64,000 bases of DNA from Candidatus Omnitrophota bacterium. GTDB taxonomy: Bacteria > Omnitrophota > Gorgyraeia > Zapsychrales > JANLHA01. Below are positions 57,563 to 64,000 of this stretch, piece after piece; within the stretch, counting starts at the first letter, position 1, and each line of letters starts with the position of its first letter. The notes beneath the pieces were generated by a model, which saw only the letters and a program-made list of their open reading frames with translations, was not told the DNA's origin and made no database searches. The DNA lies in the NCBI GenBank assembly GCA_963662715.1, contig OY759724.1:2843339-2907338 (forward strand), written 5' to 3'. The position numbers and the translations under genes were made by a program.

Positions 57563-58789
57563 ATGACGATAGGATTCATGCGGCGTATCGATTATTGGTT
57601 CGGGATCCCGGCGTGTTTTTTTCTTTCCATATTTCATGCCGTATTTAAAAAGCTGGCCCGTCCCAAACAGCCTCCGGCACCCATCAGAAAAATTCTCTTT
57701 TTAGAGCTGTCCGAGATCGGAAGCACCATCCTGTCTTATCCTGCCATCACCAAGGCCAAAGAGCTGTTCCCGGAGAGCGAGCTTTTTTTCTGGATTTTTG
57801 AATCCAACCAGGATGCTGTGCATGTCCTGAAAGTTATTGACCGAAAAAATGTTTTAACTGTTAGGACAAAAAATTTGTTCATCTCCGCAAAAGACCTGAT
57901 AAACAATTTACGGAGGATCCGCAGAGAAAAAATCGATGTTGTCCTTGACTTGGAATTGTTTTCCAGGTTCAGTTGTGTTTTATCCTTCCTGTCCGGAGCC
58001 CCCCGCCGGGTCGGGTTTCACTCATTCGCCCAGGAGGGGCTTTATCGCGGGAATCTTCATACGCACAGAGTCTCTTATAACCCTTACCAGCACATTTCCG
58101 TGAATTTTCTTTCTCTTGTCAGCGGGATCAATGCGCCGCTAGATCAAGTGCCCCTTGTCAAAGAATATTATGAAAAGAAGGGCTGCGATATCCTCCTGCC
58201 GAAGTTAAAATCAACGGGAGACGGGAAGAAAGCCATTTGGAAAAAGTTGAAACAGATTGCTCCGGATATTGACGAAAAGAAAACAATTGTTGTTATCCAT
58301 CCCGGGATCAAGGAAGCTTTGCCTTTGCGCCAATGGGCCTTAGGCCACTATTTGGAACTGACCCGGAGGTTGCTCCTGAATCCCAATGTCTTTATCGTTA
58401 TGGCCGGGGTGCTTTATGAATCGCTGGATAAAGATATTGTCGAGCAGTTGCGTATGCCCCGTTTGATAAATCTAATAGGGAAGACCTCGATCCCGGAGTT
58501 GATTGATTTGTTCAACGTATCTGATATGCTGATCAGCCATGACGGCGGTATTATTCATATCGCGTCTTTAACCCCCGTTCATATCATTGCCCTTTTCGGC
58601 CCGGAGACGCCTTCCTTGTACCAGCCGTTGACAGACAATAAGACAATTTTATATCGGCCTTTGTCCTGCAGCCCTTGTTTAACGGCCTACAATCACCGGA
58701 TTTCCATGTGCCGTGACAATCAGTGCGTTCGGGAGATTACTGTCGAAGAGGTTCTGGAAAAGGCTTTGTGTTCTTTGCCGGATGCCTGA
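57563..58789 (+). CDS. GT9 family glycosyltransferase (ADP-heptose:LPS heptosyltransferase-like)
   Basis: 408 aa. Typical GT9 two-Rossmann layout (...DVVLDLELFSRFS...VIHPGIKEALPLRQW...LISHDGGIIHIAS...). Confidence 0.7.
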   Translation: MTIGFMRRIDYWFGIPACFFLSIFHAVFKKLARPKQPPAPIRKILFLELSEIGSTILSYPAITKAKELFPESELFFWIFESNQDAVHVLKVIDRKNVLTVRTKNLFISAKDLINNLRRIRREKIDVVLDLELFSRFSCVLSFLSGAPRRVGFHSFAQEGLYRGNLHTHRVSYNPYQHISVNFLSLVSGINAPLDQVPLVKEYYEKKGCDILLPKLKSTGDGKKAIWKKLKQIAPDIDEKKTIVVIHPGIKEALPLRQWALGHYLELTRRLLLNPNVFIVMAGVLYESLDKDIVEQLRMPRLINLIGKTSIPELIDLFNVSDMLISHDGGIIHIASLTPVHIIALFGPETPSLYQPLTDNKTILYRPLSCSPCLTAYNHRISMCRDNQCVREITVEEVLEKALCSLPDA

Positions 58790-59244
58790 AAACGAACGGG
58801 GGAAGAAGCCTTTGCCGGGTAAAATTTGAATTCTTGGTGAAGAAATTTGGTGAAGGATTGTTGTTATTTCATTATTATCAGATGGTTATGAGAAAAGCAC
58901 CGTATTGAACCGTAATGGTTGCATCATTTGCCTGTTAACAATTATACTTGTTATATATAGAAAAACGGATCCCCTGTTTTTCTGACACAGGATTTGAGGG
59001 CCGTGACGTGCTATTTCTTAATAGGAGAGAGGAAAAGGTTGTTTGCAATAAGCAAAAAACTCTTTGATTTTTCCTTTTACCCATGATTAAATAGAATATA
59101 GAATACAAAAAGTATAAATCTTAAGATTTTCCGTTTATCGTAGGGCAAATACCCAGTCTATCTTAAGTCACAGTAAGAATAATGACTTAATAGTTTATAT
59201 AATAATTTGCAAAGTAAGATTTATATAATAAGGGAGGAAATACA

Positions 59245-59517
59245 ATGTGGCACAATAAACTATTTCGCTGGGCGATAATCCTCACGAGCCTGAACGTATT
59301 TATTGCGATGGGATTGTTCCTTGCCGGGCCGAAAGCCCCGGTACAAACGGTCACAGATGCCGACGCCCAATGTGTGCGTTTCTATTTAGCCAGTTGTTCA
59401 GGAAACGGCTGTACACCCAGCTGCGGTGCTGGATCGGCGGTTAATACTGTTATTACCGGTTACGTCAATGTTTACGGCGGACAGGCCCAGTACAGGACAT
59501 CATTATGTTCACAATAA
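59245..59517 (+). CDS. Small secreted/membrane-anchored Cys-rich peptide (90 aa)
   Basis: Strong SD (AGGGAGG) 6 nt upstream. N-terminal hydrophobic segment AIILTSLNVFIAMGLFLAG. C-terminal Gly/Ser/Cys-rich region with 5 Cys (QCVRFYLASCSGNGCTPSCGAGS...SLCSQ). Confidence 0.4.
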   Translation: MWHNKLFRWAIILTSLNVFIAMGLFLAGPKAPVQTVTDADAQCVRFYLASCSGNGCTPSCGAGSAVNTVITGYVNVYGGQAQYRTSLCSQ

Positions 59518-59719
59518 GCTGCTGATTTTTTATGCAGCTTCAACGTCTTGCAGGAACAGTAAATTTATTGATGTTGATTTTCTAAATCCACATCAATCTC
59601 TTCGGAAGAAGGTAATATTTCTTATATCTGCCCAATAGTTTTTTGCTAGAATACATGGGTTATTGATATTATTCAACCCGATAATCCCGTTTATCGCCAG
59701 CCATTCCAGTCCTTCATAG

Positions 59720-61420
59720 ATGCCAAGGGAAAAGAAACCACTTTTAAATTTTCGCCGCTTTGACTGGCAAAAAAATCCTTATATAAAATTTGGGGTCATA
59801 ATATTGCTCATTGCCTGCGCCGCAGCTTTACGCATGTATCGTGTGAGCTATTACGATATGTCTTTTGAGGAAATCGGGACCGAGGTGTATACGTTCCAGA
59901 ACTTAAACAGGATTTCCCAGGCAACAGGAATGTCCCAGTTTTCTCTGTTTTTCAAGAAAATGAAAAACGATCCCCATTCCAGTTTTTCTTATCTGTTGGT
60001 GTATTTCTTCAGCAAGGTGTTCGGTGACGGGAAGATATTAAGATATTTGTCCGTCATTTTCAGCCTCTGGGCATGCGTGATTTTTTACCGGCTGTCCCGT
60101 ATGTTATTTCCCCCCCGGGTAAGCCTGTATTCAACAATGATCCTGGCCATTCATCCGTTCCATATTTGGTATGCGCAGGAGGCGAGGATGTATGCGGCTA
60201 TGACGTGGATCTCTTTGTTGGCGTTCTATGCTTATTTCAAGGCGCTGAACACAAATAAACTTGTCCCCTGGATGAATTTTGCTCTGGCAAGTTTGCTGGC
60301 TTTCAATTTCAGTTATTTTTATGGATTATGGCTTTTGGCTTCAAGTGCGCCTTTTTTCTTTAAAAAATACCGGCCTTTTTTAAAAAAATGGCTTTTTTCT
60401 GTTGTGTTCGTTTTTTCTGTGCAAATATTCCTCTATCCTGTTTTTTTAAGCCAGTACGGGTTCGTGAAACACAGTTTCTGGATCCCTATTCCTACCCCAG
60501 AAACGTTGTTTTGGACTTTCCGGGTTTTTAATTTAGGCTACACGTCCTCTTATCCACAGTATCATTTAGCATTGTTCCTTTTTTCGTGTTTATTCGTGTT
60601 TGGGGCCTGCCGTTTGTATAAAAAAGACCACATTTTAACTGTAACGATATTAAGCTTTATTTTTTTCCCGATTCTTTCGGCCTTTGTTATTTCAAAACTT
60701 GTGGCCCCGGTTTATATTAACCGGCAATTGCTTATTTTTTCCCCTTTATATTATTTGTTCATTGCCTACGGTATCGACCGCCTGGCCCGGAAAGAACTCC
60801 GCGTATTCGTGTTTTTATTCGTTATTCTGCTTATTTCCACATCTCTTTACAATTATTATGGCGGCTACATGTTTTATCATCCTTTCCGGGCTAATCTCCT
60901 GGGCGGCGTCTTCCCCAAAAAGAGATATCTGCATTTATTCGACTCTTTAATGAAAGAATTCCGCCCGCACGATATCCTGGTGGCCGGAGACCTGCAGTCT
61001 TATATCCTCCTGCGGTCGTATCTTTTGAAAAACGACAAGACATGTCCTGTTTCCGTTGACCAGTTAAGGTTCCTTTTTTATCCGGAAGATCTTTTCCGCT
61101 TTTCGCAGCGTTATTTAAAGATCAACAACCTTATTGAACAAATGCCTGAGAAAGAACTGTCGGAATTGCATGAATTCCAGTTATTTGAAAATGATACCCG
61201 CCGGTTAAGAAAAAGCGACCTGGAAAAGGAATCTTTCCGGCGCATATGGCTTGTTCTGGCCAGCTGGGAGCCCGAAAGGCAATTGAGCGCAGAAGCGGGT
61301 GTTTTGCATGTTAAGTTGGCAGAGCAGTATCGTTATGTCTCTTGGCAGCAGAACGACGGGATATTTGTGGAGCTTTTTTTGCAGGATCGCAGGGGGGGCG
61401 CCGGGGAACCTATCCCTTGA
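59720..61420 (+). CDS. GT-C fold membrane glycosyltransferase (ArnT / PMT_2-like)
   Basis: 566 aa polytopic protein with ArnT-like topology. The C-terminal ~150 aa are soluble. Confidence 0.5.
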   Translation: MPREKKPLLNFRRFDWQKNPYIKFGVIILLIACAAALRMYRVSYYDMSFEEIGTEVYTFQNLNRISQATGMSQFSLFFKKMKNDPHSSFSYLLVYFFSKVFGDGKILRYLSVIFSLWACVIFYRLSRMLFPPRVSLYSTMILAIHPFHIWYAQEARMYAAMTWISLLAFYAYFKALNTNKLVPWMNFALASLLAFNFSYFYGLWLLASSAPFFFKKYRPFLKKWLFSVVFVFSVQIFLYPVFLSQYGFVKHSFWIPIPTPETLFWTFRVFNLGYTSSYPQYHLALFLFSCLFVFGACRLYKKDHILTVTILSFIFFPILSAFVISKLVAPVYINRQLLIFSPLYYLFIAYGIDRLARKELRVFVFLFVILLISTSLYNYYGGYMFYHPFRANLLGGVFPKKRYLHLFDSLMKEFRPHDILVAGDLQSYILLRSYLLKNDKTCPVSVDQLRFLFYPEDLFRFSQRYLKINNLIEQMPEKELSELHEFQLFENDTRRLRKSDLEKESFRRIWLVLASWEPERQLSAEAGVLHVKLAEQYRYVSWQQNDGIFVELFLQDRRGGAGEPIP

Positions 61421-61609
61421 CATGAATTTTCTTGAAATATATAATGCGAACAGTCCATAGGATAATTTTTTCCTTTAATAATCTATAATTTGTGATATTT
61501 TGGTTTGAGCATCCCGGATACTCATTGTATGATCGCTGACGCTGCGGTGTACGGGTTAAGGGAAGGGCGTTAAAATTCTGTTTTTCCGTAACTGTAAAAG
61601 GGGAGCATA

Positions 61610-63589
61610 ATGAAACTGATCAAATTTCGTATCTATAATTACAAATCAATCATCGACAGCGGATATTGTGACCTGTCCACGGATTTTACGATTCTTTTGG
61701 GAAAGAACGAGTCGGGAAAAACCGCGGTCCTGGAAGCCTTAAGGGATTTTGACAAACAGGTGGCGAATTTCCCGGAAGACGCTTTTCCTATCAGCGGTGA
61801 TTATGAATCCCCGAAACTTGAAATGTGCTTTCAGGTTGATGAGGCGGAACTGGATGCGATTCAAGATTCAACGGGAATTAAATTGAAGGGAGCGCTCGCG
61901 GATTATCTCATTGAGAAAGGTTTGTCCCTGGAGAAAAACTGTACCGGCGAGTATTCTATTAAAGACGAGACCCTGCTTCGGTTATTAGATGAGGTGAACC
62001 AGGGCCAGCGTCACTATATCCGTAAAGAGGAAAAGAAGATAAGGGCGCTGTTGACGGGATATTCGATCCCGGAGCTTGACCTGGAAGCCTCTGTCCCGGA
62101 AATCCAGGAACGTGTCCAGCAGCTATTCGTGACCATCAAATCCATTTTACCGCTGATCAAAGAGGAGGATATTCAGCAATCTGTTATAGAGGCTTTGCGT
62201 TTTATTAAGCAGGAATCCAAGGATTTATCGGAGCAGGAGAGTCAAGTCGATGCTAAGATGGCTTTTTTGGATAAAATTAAGGGCTTTTTGCCGCATTTTA
62301 TTTTCTTTAACGAATTCAATGATATCCTGCCCTTTGAAATCCCCCTGCAGGAACTCAGCCGAAACCAGGCCGTGCTTGATTTTGCCAAGATTGCCCGTTT
62401 GGATATTGATAAAATTATCAACACGCAGGACACCCAGAAACGCATTAATATTCTGAACCATCATTCTGCCGCTATCAGCGGGGAATTCCTGAATTTCTGG
62501 GGGCAGAACCAGATGGAGCTGATCATTCGTCCTGAAGGCGATAAACTGCTTTTCGGGGTCAAAGAGGCCAACAGGACGGAGCTGTTCAAAATCCAGCAAC
62601 GAAGCAAAGGTTTTCAGTGGTTCCTGTCTTTCTATCTGAGGCTCAACAGCCAAAAAGGCGCCTCTAATGTCATTCTTATTGATGAGCCCGGGATGAACCT
62701 GCATGCCAAGGCCCAGAACGAAATTATAAAGGTCCTGGAGCATTTGACTCTGCACGGGAATCAAATTGTATTCAGCACCCATTCACCTTATCTTTTGGAT
62801 GATCTTCGGCTGGACAGGATACGTCTTGTTCTTAAAGACCCGGCCAGCGGGACAGTTTTGGAGAGTAATTTAAGTATGGCTACCGACGATGAAACATTAA
62901 CGCCTCTTATTTCCTTGTTTAAGCTGGGCCTTTCGCATCGTCTTTCCATGCTGGAAACCGGAAAAATAAATGTTATTGTTGACGGGCTTGCCAATTATTA
63001 CTTCTTGGACGGGATGCAATGCTTTGATGAAAATGTCCCTTGGGCCGATTATCACTTCATCCCCGCTTCCGATATCTCTGAAATCCGGCAGATGGCGTCC
63101 TTGATGGTGGGCTCAAAAATGAATTTCCTGATTCTTCTGGATTTCAATCAGGATAGCGAAAAGCTTGCGAATATCCTGCAGGAAACATTGGGATTGGACG
63201 CGACACAGATTATCTTTATCAATGCCGCTCTTGATCAGAGAGTGGAGGACCTTTTTTCAAAAGAGGATTTCTGCAGAATTCTCATAGGCGAAGATCCGGA
63301 CGAAGAAAGTACGCTGTCAAATTCGACTTATCTTAAGACGCACAATAAAAACCGTGTTTGGCTGGCGAAAAAATTTACGGATTTATCTCATAAAAAGGAC
63401 AGGCTGCTTTTATCTCAGGAAACGTTATCTTCTTTCAGGCAGTTTATAAACCGTGTGTTCAGAAGCGGAGAAGATAATGCCCCACCTCAGGACAGGAAAG
63501 AAAAATCCTTGTTCTCAGAAATCAGGCGCTTTCCATTTTTCCCGAAATTCGGAAAACGGCCTGAACTTACACAAGACAGCAAAAAATAA
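61610..63589 (+). CDS. OLD-family (overcoming lysogenization defect) ATPase with C-terminal TOPRIM-like region; AAA_15/AAA_21 ABC-type ATPase
   Basis: 659 aa. Walker A LLGKNESGKTAVLEAL. ABC signature/Walker B ...VILIDEPGMNLHAKAQ...VFSTHSPYLLD. The C-terminal region has VIVDG/LLDFNQD acidic motifs consistent with a TOPRIM nuclease. Confidence 0.6.
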   Translation: MKLIKFRIYNYKSIIDSGYCDLSTDFTILLGKNESGKTAVLEALRDFDKQVANFPEDAFPISGDYESPKLEMCFQVDEAELDAIQDSTGIKLKGALADYLIEKGLSLEKNCTGEYSIKDETLLRLLDEVNQGQRHYIRKEEKKIRALLTGYSIPELDLEASVPEIQERVQQLFVTIKSILPLIKEEDIQQSVIEALRFIKQESKDLSEQESQVDAKMAFLDKIKGFLPHFIFFNEFNDILPFEIPLQELSRNQAVLDFAKIARLDIDKIINTQDTQKRINILNHHSAAISGEFLNFWGQNQMELIIRPEGDKLLFGVKEANRTELFKIQQRSKGFQWFLSFYLRLNSQKGASNVILIDEPGMNLHAKAQNEIIKVLEHLTLHGNQIVFSTHSPYLLDDLRLDRIRLVLKDPASGTVLESNLSMATDDETLTPLISLFKLGLSHRLSMLETGKINVIVDGLANYYFLDGMQCFDENVPWADYHFIPASDISEIRQMASLMVGSKMNFLILLDFNQDSEKLANILQETLGLDATQIIFINAALDQRVEDLFSKEDFCRILIGEDPDEESTLSNSTYLKTHNKNRVWLAKKFTDLSHKKDRLLLSQETLSSFRQFINRVFRSGEDNAPPQDRKEKSLFSEIRRFPFFPKFGKRPELTQDSKK

Positions 63590-63805
63590 TTATTTCTTTC
63601 TGTCTTCCTTTTGAATTTTTTTGTCTTTATTTATAATAAAATAAACTAATATTAATAATTATGTTTACTTTTTTAAACATTTATTATAAAAATTAGACAT
63701 TCATATTGCAAAAAAATACATATTTTTCTATTTATAAGTATAAGTTTGTAATAAATATTATAATGGCACATTTATTGCTATATATTTTGTTAAGGAGGAG
63801 TCAAC

Positions 63806-64000
63806 ATGAAAAAATATAGAGCCATTCTCATTATTTCTGTCGTTTTTTTTAGCCTTTTAGGGTCTGCTGCTGCGGAAGCCGGAACTTATTACGAATTTAT
63901 TCCTAGTCCTGATGCAGATTTAAATGACTTAGACCATTACAGATATAGTTTGTGGGGCATAACCTGGACCGTGCCCAGTAATGAAGAGATTGTCGGCGCC
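63806..64000 (+). CDS. Secreted hypothetical protein, 3' end truncated by window edge
   Basis: AGGAGG SD, then ATG. Signal peptide MKKYRAILIISVVFFSLLGSAAAEA. Open to the end of the window. Confidence 0.4.
   Translation, partial: MKKYRAILIISVVFFSLLGSAAAEAGTYYEFIPSPDADLNDLDHYRYSLWGITWTVPSNEEIVGA

Noticed and set aside
11425-58789. RiPP (for example proteusin/polytheonamide-like) biosynthetic cluster, suggested by the many B12-rSAMs and two rSAM-SPASM enzymes
   Set aside because: The island has no precursor peptide, protease/transporter (PCAT, LanT-like) or RRE-domain gene. The four DegT aminotransferases, GT2/GT-C transferases, flippase-like proteins, WbqC and heptosyltransferase point to carbohydrate or lipid substrates instead.
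59183-59213. Sigma70-like promoter for the small Cys-rich peptide (TGACTT-N19-TATAAT)
   Set aside because: The -35 match is poor and the spacer too long. AT-rich DNA generates many TATAAT-like hexamers by chance. It is mentioned here only as a place to look in TSS data.
1-64000. CRISPR arrays, tRNA/rRNA genes, IS elements or prophage genes
   Set aside because: No regularly spaced direct repeats, no cloverleaf-like conserved tRNA stretches, no transposase/integrase/capsid-like ORFs were found. The similar 5' ends of the B12-rSAM paralogs are diverged coding paralogy (~70% identity), not interspersed repeats.

Overview
This 64 kb bacterial window has three parts. (1) Coordinates 1-11.0 kb are a housekeeping block, and nothing there argues against this being core chromosome. 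It holds a 3'-truncated hotdog thioesterase and acetolactate synthase ilvB/ilvN. A glutaredoxin-gshB-gshA operon, a tRNA-dihydrouridine synthase and the tRNA methylthiotransferase MtaB follow. Next come a TIR-like (COG4271-type) protein with a disordered acidic N-terminus, a DUF4124-glutaredoxin fusion and an orphan type IV-like pilin. (2) Coordinates 11.4-58.8 kb are one very large, almost entirely plus-strand island with tight translational coupling throughout, including many ATGA-type overlaps. It encodes 11 cobalamin-binding (class B-like) radical SAM enzymes. It also has three paralogous radical SAM proteins with an N-terminal Cys-rich ribbon that resemble the Tes/GDGT-MAS (COG1964) family. 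Two radical SAM/SPASM-twitch enzymes and a TRAM-less MiaB-family methylthiotransferase paralog bring the total to 17 radical SAM genes. Four DegT/ArnB-family PLP aminotransferases sit among them. The island carries Arn-like lipid-carrier glycosylation modules: two GT2 polyprenol-phosphate glycosyltransferases, two flippase-like LPG-synthase-TM proteins and several GT-C/ArnT-like polytopic transferases. It also has a WbqC-family protein, a GT9 heptosyltransferase, a CapK/F390-synthetase-like adenylating enzyme, an AsnB-like amidotransferase lacking the N-terminal catalytic Cys, and a HEAT-repeat protein. No PKS/NRPS genes, transposases or integrases are visible. The most likely reading is an undescribed pathway that builds a heavily aminated and radical-tailored (C-methylated or C-C cross-linked) envelope glycoconjugate or lipid, but the product cannot be named from sequence alone. 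(3) Coordinates 59-64 kb carry a small Cys-rich secreted peptide, another GT-C membrane protein, a standalone OLD-family ATPase/nuclease flanked by AT-rich spacers, and a truncated secreted-protein gene. No rRNA, tRNA, CRISPR array or IS element was recognised.
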